Below the pieces are notes generated by a model. It worked only from the letters and a program-made list of their open reading frames with translations, searched no databases and had not been told where the DNA came from. The translations under genes and the position numbers were made by a program. From positions 287,467-351,466 of the forward strand of contig JBAZUE010000001.1 in NCBI GenBank assembly GCA_041661605.1: a stretch of 64,000 bases of DNA, in the 5' to 3' direction. Below, piece by piece: positions 38,867-47,989 of the stretch. The stretch is from Candidatus Omnitrophota bacterium. GTDB taxonomy: Bacteria; Omnitrophota; Gorgyraeia; Gygaellales; Profunditerraquicolaceae. The first letter of the stretch is position 1. Every line of letters starts with the position of its first letter.

Positions 38867-39571
38867 ATGAGGAAAATGTTTTTGATATTTAGCGGCATGG
38901 CTATTTGTTTATTTTTAACTGGCGCTTATGCGGCATTCGCTCAAGAGGAAGCCAGGCAGGAAATAGGCTATGATAAGCAGCAGATTAAGGCGCAAAAACA
39001 AGAGATATCACAAAATGCCCAGGCAGCTAAACAGGAAGAAGTTAAATTGAAAGAGCAAATAAAAGCTGCCATGGATTCAGGCGATACAGAGACAGCTCAA
39101 CAGCTTAGAGAGCAGCTCAGGGCTATCCATCAGGAAAATTTACAAGAAAAAACGCAAGACAAGCAGGAGATGCAGGCAGCTAAAAAAGAGCTAAGAAGCG
39201 ATATTGGAGAAGCACAGCAAGCGGATGATTTTTTCCCTGACGCGCCGATAGCCAAGCCAAGCGCAGGCCCTGATTGGGAAAATAAATCTTTGCCGATAGC
39301 CAAGCCAAGCGCAGGCCCTGATTTGGAAAATGCGCCCGTGTTTCAAGGTGGGCCGGGTATCGGTCCCAAGATAAAGCCGGCACTTGATAAAGATAATAAT
39401 CCTCCCGGGCCTAAAGGTGGAGCAGGCACTAATTGGGAAAACAAGCCCGGGCCACAGGGCGGTCCAGGGGCTTCGCCTGATAAAAAACCCGGATTGGTTA
39501 ATCCTCCGGGACCCAAAGGCGGACCAGGCGCCGGGCCAGGAAAACCTAAGTTAGCCCCCGGAGGTAAATGA
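38867..39571 (+). CDS. secreted Gln/Glu-rich and Pro/Gly-rich repeat protein
   Basis: Signal peptide, a QQ/EE coiled region, then PIAKPSAGPD(W/L)EN and NPPGPKGG repeats. Confidence 0.6.
   Translation: MRKMFLIFSGMAICLFLTGAYAAFAQEEARQEIGYDKQQIKAQKQEISQNAQAAKQEEVKLKEQIKAAMDSGDTETAQQLREQLRAIHQENLQEKTQDKQEMQAAKKELRSDIGEAQQADDFFPDAPIAKPSAGPDWENKSLPIAKPSAGPDLENAPVFQGGPGIGPKIKPALDKDNNPPGPKGGAGTNWENKPGPQGGPGASPDKKPGLVNPPGPKGGPGAGPGKPKLAPGGK
39244..39330 (+). repeat. 48-nt period tandem duplication inside the repeat protein gene
   Basis: 39-nt core at 39244-39282 and 39292-39330 matches at 38 of 39 positions. Confidence 0.9.
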
Positions 39572-40086
39572 GTAAAATATTCAAAAAAGTTATTTTTATC
39601 TTCTGTGGTTTTGTGTTGTTATCATCAGGAATTAATGCAGAAGGAGGCTTAAATATGCGGTTATCCAGCCCCGAATTTGAGCATAAAACATTTATTCCTC
39701 AGAAATTTACTTGTCAGGGCAAAGGTATAAATCCCGGGTTAATTATTGAAGGTATTCCTGAGAATGCTAAAAGCCTGGCTTTGATTATGGATGATCCTGA
39801 TGCACCAAGCGGCGATTTTGTCCACTGGGTACTTTATGATATCCCGGTTACCAACCGTATAGGCGAGAATACTATTCCCGGTAAACAAGGACTTAATTCT
39901 TCAGGTAAGTTAAGTTATGCCAGTCCTTGTCCGCCAACAGGAGCGCACCGCTATTTCTTTAAAGTCTATGCCTTGGATAAAATGTTAAATTCAAGGGAGG
40001 GAATGAGTAAATCTGAACTGGAAAAAGAGATTGCCGCTCATTTATTAGATAAGGCCGAATTAATCGGCCTGTATCAAAGAAAATGA
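39568..40086 (+). CDS. YbhB/YbcL family Raf kinase inhibitor-like protein (PEBP)
   Basis: DDPDAPSGDFVHWVLYDIP and GAHRYFFKVYALD motifs. Confidence 0.9.
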   Translation: MSKIFKKVIFIFCGFVLLSSGINAEGGLNMRLSSPEFEHKTFIPQKFTCQGKGINPGLIIEGIPENAKSLALIMDDPDAPSGDFVHWVLYDIPVTNRIGENTIPGKQGLNSSGKLSYASPCPPTGAHRYFFKVYALDKMLNSREGMSKSELEKEIAAHLLDKAELIGLYQRK

Positions 40087-40110
40087 AGTTTTTTGGATTA
40101 TAGATATTTT

Positions 40111-40356
40111 ATGTCTTGGTATGTTTATATTATTGAGTGTAAGGATTCCCTGCTTTATACCGGCATTACTAAAGACTTAGAACGCAGGGTTAAAGAGCAT
40201 AACAGCGGAAATGGCTGCCGGTTTACCAGGTATAGGGCGCCGGTTAAACTGATGCATAGCGAAAGAGTCAGAAGCAGGCCTCAGGCTTTAATAAGGGAAG
40301 CAGAGATCAAACGTTTTCCGCGCATGAAGAAATTGGAGTTGTTTAACGGATATTAA
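40111..40356 (+). CDS. GIY-YIG nuclease domain protein
   Basis: WYVYIIECKDSLLYTGITKDLERRVKEHNSG. ATG 40111 preferred over the TTG at 40093. Confidence 0.85.
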   Translation: MSWYVYIIECKDSLLYTGITKDLERRVKEHNSGNGCRFTRYRAPVKLMHSERVRSRPQALIREAEIKRFPRMKKLELFNGY

Positions 40357-40358
40357 AT

Positions 40359-40853
40359 ATGGCAAACTTTTCTTTTGATATTGTTTCAGAGGTAGACTTA
40401 CAGGAAACGGACAACGCGGTAAACCAGGCAATTAAAGAATTGAGCCAGCGTTATGATTTTAAGAACAGCAAGGCTTCGATTGCCTTTGATCGCAAAGAGA
40501 AAAAGATTACTTTAATCGCGGATGATGATTTCAAGCTGCGCGCGCTCACGGATATCCTGGTAACCCGTTTAGCAAAACGGGGAGTTTCGATTAAGGCCTT
40601 TAAGTTTAATGAACCTGAAAAGGCATTTGAAGGTTATTTGCGCCAGATAGTCGATATATGTATGGGTATTGATAAAGAGAGAGCTAGGGAACTTATTGTT
40701 GTTATAAAAGGCCTGGGGTTAAAGGTGCAGGCTCAGATAGAAGGGGAAAAGATCAAGGTTAGTTCAGCCAAGAAAGATGAACTGCAGACGGTTATCAGCC
40801 ACCTCAGGAGTCTGGATTTTCCCCTGCCTCTTAATTTTTGTAATTACAGGTAA
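40359..40853 (+). CDS. yajQ: YajQ family nucleotide (cyclic di-GMP)-binding protein
   Basis: FSFDIVSEVDLQETDNAVNQA N-terminus, 164 aa. Confidence 0.9.
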   Translation: MANFSFDIVSEVDLQETDNAVNQAIKELSQRYDFKNSKASIAFDRKEKKITLIADDDFKLRALTDILVTRLAKRGVSIKAFKFNEPEKAFEGYLRQIVDICMGIDKERARELIVVIKGLGLKVQAQIEGEKIKVSSAKKDELQTVISHLRSLDFPLPLNFCNYR

Positions 40854-40928
40854 AGGCTGATCGGGAAAAACCGGTTTAATATTGAGTTAATTATGTTATA
40901 ATAACAAATAAGCTGAAAGGACAGGATA

Positions 40929-41333
40929 ATGATAAATTACGCCAAGATTAGTATGGTAGTTTTTTGTATTATATTTTTTAGCGGTATTAATGGTTTCACA
41001 CAGCAGGATCCTACCCAGCAGGTTGTTACGGAATTTCAGAAAATGGATAGGGACCAGAATGGAATGGTTGCTCCTGATGAGATGCAGCTATATCAGAAAG
41101 AACAATTTAATGAGTTAGATAAAGATAAGAGCGGGGATCTTGACACAGGGGAGTTAGCAGCGGATACAACCAAAATGCAACAGGCAGCGGATAAAGATAT
41201 GAACGGTAAGGTTACCCAGGAAGAATCCGACTCGCAATTTAAGGAATATTTCCAAGAAATTGATAAAGATAAGAATGGCCAGATCTCCGAAGCTGAATAT
41301 ACGGATTACTGGAAGTTGATACATAGGTTTTAA
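40929..41333 (+). CDS. secreted EF-hand calcium-binding protein
   Basis: Signal peptide plus four DxDxNG/DxDxSG loops (DRDQNGMV, DKDKSGDL, DKDMNGKV, DKDKNGQI). Confidence 0.8.
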   Translation: MINYAKISMVVFCIIFFSGINGFTQQDPTQQVVTEFQKMDRDQNGMVAPDEMQLYQKEQFNELDKDKSGDLDTGELAADTTKMQQAADKDMNGKVTQEESDSQFKEYFQEIDKDKNGQISEAEYTDYWKLIHRF

Positions 41334-41409
41334 AAATTGGATTAACTGATCCAACCTGTCCCCAAACAACCTTCTTTTACCAGTTTTCGGATACCAACCT
41401 AAAAAATAT

Positions 41410-43035
41410 ATGATTTCTGTAAATAATGTATCGGTACAATTCGGGCAGCGTAAGCTTTTTTCTAACGTAAACATTGTTTTTTCTCCGGGGAATTGCTATG
41501 GATTGATCGGCGCCAATGGTTCGGGTAAATCCACTTTTTTAAAAGTCCTCTCCGGAGAAGTTGATTCGTCTGCAGGAGAGGTTGCTATCCTTCCAGGGAA
41601 AAGACTATCCATATTAAAACAAGACCAATTCGCTTTTGATGATTATATTGTCTTGACTACAGTCATTATGGGGCATAAAAAGCTTTATGAAATTATGGTT
41701 GAAAAAGATAAATTGTACTCCAAATCTCCCTTTACGGATGCCGACGGTATTCGCGCATCGGAACTTGAGGGGGAATTTGCTGAGCTGGAAGGCTGGAACG
41801 CGGAATCCGAAGCGGCCAAATTGTTAAGCGAACTGGGTATTGAAGAATCGCTGCATACAGCGCAAATGAAGCAGCTTGAAGCCGGCCAGAAGGTGCGGGT
41901 ATTATTAGCCCAGGCTTTATTCGGAAATCCCGATATCCTCCTGTTAGATGAACCTACTAACTATCTGGATGTTGAATCAAGCATGTGGCTTGAGGAATTT
42001 TTGTGTAATTTCGAAAATACCGCAATTGTTGTTTCGCATGACCGCCATTTTCTGGATAAAGTATGCACTCATATCGCGGATATTGATTTTGGTAAAATCC
42101 ACCTGTATCCCGGAAATTATACTTTTTGGTCAGAAGCAAGCCAGCTTGCCGCGCGGCAACGCAGTGAATCGAATAAAAAGATAGAAGAGAAGCGCAAGGA
42201 GTTAAAAGAGTTTATTATGCGTTTTGCCAATAACGCCTCTAAATCACGCCAGGCTACCAGCAGAAAAAAGATCCTTGAAAAACTTACCGTACCGGATATA
42301 GAACCGTCTTCGCGTAAGTATCCTTATATTAATTTTGAACCGGAACGTGAGGCTGGAAATGATCTGTTGAGCATCTCTAATCTGTTTAAAGCAGTTGAAG
42401 GACAGCAGATGTTCGAAAGGTTGAATATTACCGTTCAGAAGGGGGATAAAATTGCCTTTGTAGGCTTAAATGATTTGGCTAAGACAGTGCTCTTTCAGGT
42501 TTTGATGAATGAAACCCAGGCTGATAGCGGAAGTTTCAAATGGGGTTTCTCAACCAAGCGGGCCTATTCCCCCAGGGACAATGCCGCTTTTTTTAATGCG
42601 CAGTTAAGTGTTGCTGATTGGCTTAAGCAATATTCAACCAATACTGATAAGGAATTTATTCATGCCTTCCTGGGCCGCATGCTTTTTTCGGGAGAAGAAT
42701 CACTTAAGCCGGTAAATGTTTTATCCGGAGGTGAAAGGGCAAGATGCATGTTAACGCGCATGATGGTAGCTTGCCCTAACGTGCTTATTTTAGATGAGCC
42801 GACTAACCACCTTGATTTGGAATCAATCACTGCTTTAAACCGGGGCCTGGAGAAATTCCGCGGCACAATTTTGTTTTCTTCTCATGACCATCAGTTAGTG
42901 CAGACTGTAGCTAACCGGATTATTGAGATTGGCCCTAAAGGGTATATTGACCGGATGGATACCAGTTTTGACGAATATCTTGCCAATGAACAAATTACTG
43001 CCCAGCGTCACGAATTGTATAAAACTACGCATTAA
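41410..43035 (+). CDS. ABC-F family ATPase
   Basis: Two ABC cassettes (GANGSGKST; LSGGERARC), no TM domain, charged inter-domain linker. Confidence 0.9.
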   Translation: MISVNNVSVQFGQRKLFSNVNIVFSPGNCYGLIGANGSGKSTFLKVLSGEVDSSAGEVAILPGKRLSILKQDQFAFDDYIVLTTVIMGHKKLYEIMVEKDKLYSKSPFTDADGIRASELEGEFAELEGWNAESEAAKLLSELGIEESLHTAQMKQLEAGQKVRVLLAQALFGNPDILLLDEPTNYLDVESSMWLEEFLCNFENTAIVVSHDRHFLDKVCTHIADIDFGKIHLYPGNYTFWSEASQLAARQRSESNKKIEEKRKELKEFIMRFANNASKSRQATSRKKILEKLTVPDIEPSSRKYPYINFEPEREAGNDLLSISNLFKAVEGQQMFERLNITVQKGDKIAFVGLNDLAKTVLFQVLMNETQADSGSFKWGFSTKRAYSPRDNAAFFNAQLSVADWLKQYSTNTDKEFIHAFLGRMLFSGEESLKPVNVLSGGERARCMLTRMMVACPNVLILDEPTNHLDLESITALNRGLEKFRGTILFSSHDHQLVQTVANRIIEIGPKGYIDRMDTSFDEYLANEQITAQRHELYKTTH

Positions 43036-43082
43036 TTGTGTTATAATACTTAAAAAATAACGGTTAAGCTATTCCTTTAAAC

Positions 43083-43598
43083 ATGGAAGTAAAGATAATC
43101 CGCAGCAAGAAGCGCTTACGTACAGTAAGCGCGCGTTTGGTTCAAGATTCGCTTTTGGTTAGCGCGCCCTTAATGCTTTCGCAGGAGCGTTTGGATAAAA
43201 TTGTCGCTGGTTTTAAATTAAAATTCGCCAGGAAGAGGCTTAAGGAAGAGTTGGGAAAAGAGCGTAATCTTTCGGATTTGTCCAGCAAGCTTAACAAAAT
43301 CTATTTCGACAATAAGTTAAGGATTGAATCCATAGAATATGTTACTACCCAGAATAGTAAATTTGGTTGCTGCAATTATAGTTCCGGCCGAATCCGTATA
43401 TCGCATAAAATAGGCCTGATGCCGGAGTGGGTCAGGAGGTACGTTGTAATCCATGAAATGGCGCATTTGATAGAGCCGAATCATGGCCGGGAATTTTGGA
43501 AGATTGTTTACCGTTATAGGCTTGCTGAGAGAGCCAGGGGTTATCTGATGGCCATAGGCAGACAGATCGATGAAGGAGAGCTAAGCTGTGAAAAGTAA
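43083..43598 (+). CDS. YgjP-like (DUF45) M48 family metal-dependent hydrolase
   Basis: HEMAHLIEPNH contains HExxH. Confidence 0.75.
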   Translation: MEVKIIRSKKRLRTVSARLVQDSLLVSAPLMLSQERLDKIVAGFKLKFARKRLKEELGKERNLSDLSSKLNKIYFDNKLRIESIEYVTTQNSKFGCCNYSSGRIRISHKIGLMPEWVRRYVVIHEMAHLIEPNHGREFWKIVYRYRLAERARGYLMAIGRQIDEGELSCEK

Positions 43599-44655
43599 AG
43601 TATATTTTATTTCACTAAAAGATTCTGATAATCTCCAGTTAATTAATGATAAGCTTAAAAATTTATTAGATAAAAGCAGGGTTTTTGATTTCATCCCTAA
43701 AGCAGGCAGGGTGGCAATAAAGGTTCATTTTGGCGAGGAAGGAAACACCGGTTTTGTAAGGCCGGAACATTTGCGCGTAATCTGCGATGAGATCGCCGGC
43801 AGGGGAGCCAGCGCATTTTTATCAGACGCAAATACGCTTTACCGCGGCCGGCGCCTGAATTCCCCCGACCACCTAAAGCTTGCCTATGAACATGGTTTTA
43901 CAAAGGAGGCAACCGGAGTGGAGGTGATTATTCCGGATGATACTAAAAAAGAAAATGTATCTGTTGTAGGAATTAACCAGAAGCACATTAAGGATGCTAA
44001 AATTGCCCGTATCTTTGCCGATTCAGATGCGCTGGTTGCAGTGAGCCATTTTAAAGGGCATATCTTAACTGGTTTCGGAGGCGCGTTAAAAAACATCGGC
44101 ATGGGTTGTGCTACAAGAGAGGGCAAACTTGCGCAGCATTGCGATCTTGCTCCTGTTGTTCATTCTGATAGGTGTATCGGCTGCGGGGAATGTGAAATAA
44201 TTTGTCCGGTGGGCGCTATTATTCTTAAAAACAAAAAATCCGTAGTGGATAAGCTCAAGTGTATAGGTTGCGCTAGCTGCCTGGCTGTTTGCCCCACTAT
44301 GGCCATGTTTATTGATTTTAATGCCGGAGACAAAGTGCAGTATAAAATGGTTGAATATGCCTTGGCTGTGCTTAAGGACAGAAAAGATAAAACAGGATTT
44401 ATAAACTTTGCCGTTAAAATCAACAAGGAATGTGATTGCTGGGGTATGGAGAATCCGCGCATTGCCCCGGATGTCGGGATATTGGCCTCTAATGATCCCG
44501 TAAGCATAGACAAAGCAAGTTTTGATCTGGTAAATAAGGCCTGCGGTAAGGATATTTTTAAAGCAACCCATCCTGAAGGAGACGGATTAAGACAGCTTGA
44601 GTATGCCCAGGAAATAGGGTTGGGAAGCCTTGATTACGAGTTGATAGAACTATAG
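43588..44655 (+). CDS. DUF362 domain protein with 4Fe-4S dicluster ferredoxin insert
   Basis: CIGCGECEIICP and CIGCASCLAVCP motifs within a DUF362-like frame. Confidence 0.75.
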   Translation: MKSKVYFISLKDSDNLQLINDKLKNLLDKSRVFDFIPKAGRVAIKVHFGEEGNTGFVRPEHLRVICDEIAGRGASAFLSDANTLYRGRRLNSPDHLKLAYEHGFTKEATGVEVIIPDDTKKENVSVVGINQKHIKDAKIARIFADSDALVAVSHFKGHILTGFGGALKNIGMGCATREGKLAQHCDLAPVVHSDRCIGCGECEIICPVGAIILKNKKSVVDKLKCIGCASCLAVCPTMAMFIDFNAGDKVQYKMVEYALAVLKDRKDKTGFINFAVKINKECDCWGMENPRIAPDVGILASNDPVSIDKASFDLVNKACGKDIFKATHPEGDGLRQLEYAQEIGLGSLDYELIEL

Positions 44656-44691
44656 CGGCTGAAGTGGTATAATAAAATAATAAAGTTTATA

Positions 44692-45735
44692 ATGAAGAAT
44701 AGCGGACGTGTCTATCTTTGGGGGGTTATTTTTTCGCTTGTTTTATTATTGTGGTGGCGTATGGAGGGTTTTGTGAAAGAGCCTCAAGATATAAAAATAT
44801 TCGATGCTTCATCAGGGCAGATTAAAGAAGTTGATAGGGTTTATAAGACTGACGCAGAATGGAAGAAAATTCTTAGCCCTGAGCAGTATCAAGTCACAAG
44901 GTTAAAAGGCACAGAAAAGCCCTTTAGCGGGAAATGCGCTATTCCTAAAATAGGCAAGCAGGGATTATTCCAATGCGTTTGTTGCGGCACAGATTTGTTT
45001 TTAATTGAGAAAGAGTTTGAATCCGGAACTGGTTGGCCTAGTTTCTGGGAGCCGGTTTCAGAGTTGAATGTCAAAGAACAAGTTGATAATACTTTGGGGA
45101 TGCAAAGAATCGAAGTACAATGCGCTCGATGCGAAGCCCATCTGGGCCATGTTTTTGAGGATGGACCTGCGCCAACAGGAAAGAGGTATTGTATAAATTT
45201 AGTGGCGCTTAAATTTGTGGAGATTGATAAACCTAAAAAAGAAAAGTTAGAAAAAGCTATTTTTGCCGCAGGTTGTTTTTGGGGGGTTGAGGCTGCTTTT
45301 GCGGAAATAAAAGGGGTACTTAAAACTGCTGTTGGTTTTACCGGAGGCAGATTAAAGAATCCAAGTTATGAAGATGTCTCTACTGGCAAGACCGCTCATG
45401 CGGAGTCCGTGGAATTAGAGTTTGATCCAAACGTTGTTTCTTATGAAAAACTTTTGGATGTTTTTTGGAGTATTCATGATCCCACTACTCCAAATAGGCA
45501 GGGTCCTGATATCGGCAGCCAGTATCGCTCGGCAATCTTTTATAATTCTCCTGAGCAGGAGAAGGCCGCTTTGTTATCTGAAAAGAAACTTCAGGAATCA
45601 GGAAGGCTTAAGAGGCCGATTGTGACAGAGATTGTCCCCGCGGGGGTGTTTTACCGGGCTGAAGAATATCATCAGCGTTATTTTCAGAAACAAGGCATTA
45701 AACCAACATGCCATATACCTTTAAAACAAAGGTGA
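44692..45735 (+). CDS. msrBA: bifunctional methionine sulfoxide reductase MsrB/MsrA with N-terminal TM anchor
   Basis: MsrB CxxC pairs and RYCIN, followed by MsrA GCFWG. Confidence 0.9.
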   Translation: MKNSGRVYLWGVIFSLVLLLWWRMEGFVKEPQDIKIFDASSGQIKEVDRVYKTDAEWKKILSPEQYQVTRLKGTEKPFSGKCAIPKIGKQGLFQCVCCGTDLFLIEKEFESGTGWPSFWEPVSELNVKEQVDNTLGMQRIEVQCARCEAHLGHVFEDGPAPTGKRYCINLVALKFVEIDKPKKEKLEKAIFAAGCFWGVEAAFAEIKGVLKTAVGFTGGRLKNPSYEDVSTGKTAHAESVELEFDPNVVSYEKLLDVFWSIHDPTTPNRQGPDIGSQYRSAIFYNSPEQEKAALLSEKKLQESGRLKRPIVTEIVPAGVFYRAEEYHQRYFQKQGIKPTCHIPLKQR

Positions 45736-45748
45736 GATAGAGGAGGAG

Positions 45749-46702
45749 TTGATGTTTAGGGAGAAAATTAAGGTTTTGGATTGTACGATCAGGGATGGCG
45801 GGTTAATGAACAAGCATGAATTTGAGCCGCGTTTTGTGCGTGAGGTTTATAAAGCTATTTCAGAAGCGGGCGTAGATTATATGGAAATTGGTTACAAGAA
45901 TTCCAGGCGGCTTTTTAACAGCAAAGAGTTTGGCAAATGGAAATTCTGCGATGATGAAGATATAAGGAAGGTAACTGAAGGGATCCAATCCAGAACTAAA
46001 ATCTCGGTTATGGTTGATGTAGACAGGGTAGATGTGGAGGATGTCTTGCCCAAGAAGGACAGCCCCGTGGATATGATCAGGGTTGCTACTTATGTTAAAG
46101 ATGTGGATAAGGCGATATACCTGGTAAACCATTTTGCCGATAAAGGATATGAGACTACGGTGAATATCATGGCAATATCCCGCGCCCTGGATAATGAGCT
46201 TACGGAATGTTTGCAGCAGCTGGAAAAAGAATCTAAAGCGCAGATTGTATATATCGTGGACAGTTTTGGTTCTTTATATCAGGAGACAACCGAATTCCTG
46301 GTTAAAAAAGCAAAAAGTATTCTAAAGACCAAGGAAATCGGAATGCACGCGCATAATAACCAACAACTTGCTTTTGCCAATACTATTGAGGCAATCATTC
46401 ATGATACCAATTATGTGGATGGATCTATTTTTGGCCTGGGCAGGGCTGCGGGTAATTGCCCTACGGAACTGATATTGGGATTCTTGAAAAATCCCAAATA
46501 TGACATCCGGCCAATCCTGGATGTTATCTCCAAGGAGTTTATCCCTTTGCAGAAGAAGATAGAATGGGGTTACTTTATTCCTTACGCGATAACCGGAATT
46601 CTTGATGAACATCCGCGTTCGGCGATTGCTTTACGGGAAAGTGATAAAAAAGAGAATTACCGCGAGTACTATGAGAGTTTACTCAGTGAAGTAGAGGAAT
46701 GA
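45749..46702 (+). CDS. HMGL-like aldolase / pyruvate carboxyltransferase domain protein
   Basis: LDCTIRDGG motif and TIM-barrel-like length. Confidence 0.6.
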   Translation: MMFREKIKVLDCTIRDGGLMNKHEFEPRFVREVYKAISEAGVDYMEIGYKNSRRLFNSKEFGKWKFCDDEDIRKVTEGIQSRTKISVMVDVDRVDVEDVLPKKDSPVDMIRVATYVKDVDKAIYLVNHFADKGYETTVNIMAISRALDNELTECLQQLEKESKAQIVYIVDSFGSLYQETTEFLVKKAKSILKTKEIGMHAHNNQQLAFANTIEAIIHDTNYVDGSIFGLGRAAGNCPTELILGFLKNPKYDIRPILDVISKEFIPLQKKIEWGYFIPYAITGILDEHPRSAIALRESDKKENYREYYESLLSEVEE

Positions 46703-46717
46703 GGTTTATAATCTATT

Positions 46718-47350
46718 ATGGATATAGCCAATTTTAAGAAAAAACCCATTCTTGGTATCTTGCGCGGGGTCAAGGCTGATATTATTGAGCCATTGCTGGA
46801 GTCGGTAATTCGCGCCGGCCTTGAAACTCTGGAGATAACCATGAATACTGCGGGTGCCCCGGAATTAATCCGCAAAGCAAAAAAAGCCTGCGGGAACCGA
46901 CTGAACTTGGGCGCAGGGACAGTACTTACGATGCAGGATTTAAAATCGGCCTTAGAAAGCGGCGCCAGTTTTATTGTCATGCCGGTACTGATTAATGATA
47001 TCGTAAAATATTGCGTAAATAATAAAATACCCGTTTTTCCCGGAGCGCTTAGCCCCCAGGAAATATATCTGGCGCATGATGCAGGCGCTAGTATGGTTAA
47101 AGTTTTCCCATCAAGATTCTTTGGCCCGGAATATTTCCGCGAACTCAAAGGTCCTTTTAATAACATAGAGCTTTTGGCTTGCGGCGGCGTTACTCCTGAT
47201 AACCTGAAGGAATATTTTTCCAATGGCGCCAGCGCCGTATCTTTTGGCGCCAGCGTTTTTAGAAAGGATTGGCTGGCTAAAGGTGATTTTGAGTCTATCT
47301 CTCAAGCAGTTAAAAGATTCGTTGACGCCTGGGAAAAAGAGGAGGATTAA
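46718..47350 (+). CDS. eda: KDPG / 4-hydroxy-2-oxoglutarate aldolase
   Basis: ILGILRGV, GAGTVL and VKVFP motifs. Confidence 0.85.
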   Translation: MDIANFKKKPILGILRGVKADIIEPLLESVIRAGLETLEITMNTAGAPELIRKAKKACGNRLNLGAGTVLTMQDLKSALESGASFIVMPVLINDIVKYCVNNKIPVFPGALSPQEIYLAHDAGASMVKVFPSRFFGPEYFRELKGPFNNIELLACGGVTPDNLKEYFSNGASAVSFGASVFRKDWLAKGDFESISQAVKRFVDAWEKEED

Positions 47351-47353
47351 GAT

Positions 47354-47530
47354 ATGGCAATTAAAGGGAAGAATAAAAAGAAAGGTTCGGCACTTCTTTT
47401 TGGTGAGAGTATTACGGATAAGATCCGCAGGCGGGCGCAGGAACTTTATGAAAAAAGGGGCTGTGTACCGGGAAATGATTGGGCAGATTGGTTTGAGGCG
47501 GAAAGACAAATAAAAGCTGAACTGAAATAG
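47354..47530 (+). CDS. DUF2934 domain small protein
   Basis: Own translation: MAIKGKNKKKGSALLFGESITDKIRRRAQELYEKRGCVPGNDWADWFEAERQIKAELK. GGAGG lies upstream. 58 aa, so absent from the track. Confidence 0.7.
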   Translation: MAIKGKNKKKGSALLFGESITDKIRRRAQELYEKRGCVPGNDWADWFEAERQIKAELK

Positions 47531-47551
47531 TTTAAGAAGCAGGAGGGGGAG

Positions 47552-47914
47552 ATGAGGTTTATATATATATTTTGTTTGACCATGGTTATTTTCTTTAATT
47601 TCTCAGGAATTTTAAGGGCGGAACTTGGTGAGCAAGATACCAGGTGGGCAGGGACGCCTGTGCATAAGCTGGAGAGAGGCCTGATAAATATTGTTACTTG
47701 CCCGGTGGAATTGCCTGCGAGTATGCTTAGTGTTGCTGACGAAAAAGGGCAAATCTTTGGTTTTTTTATTGGTACAGCTGAAGGGTTATTTACAACTTTA
47801 TTCAGGGCCTTATCAGGTCTATATGATACAGCAACCTTCTTAATTCCTTCATATTCTAAGCCGATCATGGAACCAGAATATGCCCTTCAAAGTTTAGATA
47901 ACGCTCAAAAGTAG
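47552..47914 (+). CDS. putative exosortase-associated protein, TIGR04073 family
   Basis: Signal peptide, then the HKLERGLINIVTCPVELP and GLFTTLFRALSGLYDTATFLIP signature. Confidence 0.7.
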   Translation: MRFIYIFCLTMVIFFNFSGILRAELGEQDTRWAGTPVHKLERGLINIVTCPVELPASMLSVADEKGQIFGFFIGTAEGLFTTLFRALSGLYDTATFLIPSYSKPIMEPEYALQSLDNAQK

Positions 47915-47958
47915 AAGGCAGTAGAATATAACTTTATTATTATCTCTAATTTTTTTTC

Positions 47959-47988
47959 TTGACAAACCACACAAATGTGTGGTATATC
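47959..47988 (+). promoter_or_regulatory. lexA promoter with embedded palindromic operator
   Basis: TTGACA 47959-47964 and TGgTATATC (hexamer 47983-47988). The inverted repeat ACCACACA-AA-TGTGTGGT (47966-47983) fills the spacer. Confidence 0.65.
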
Positions 47989-47989
47989 T

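Noticed and set aside
39244-39330. Near-identical direct repeats that could suggest a CRISPR-like array
   Set aside because: There are only two copies. They are in frame within a coding sequence and encode a peptide repeat. No cas genes are nearby.
40111-40356. GIY-YIG gene as a homing endonuclease or mobile element
   Set aside because: It is a stand-alone ~80-aa URI-type domain with no DNA-binding extension, no flanking repeats and no interrupted host gene. This is typical of the widespread small GIY-YIG family.
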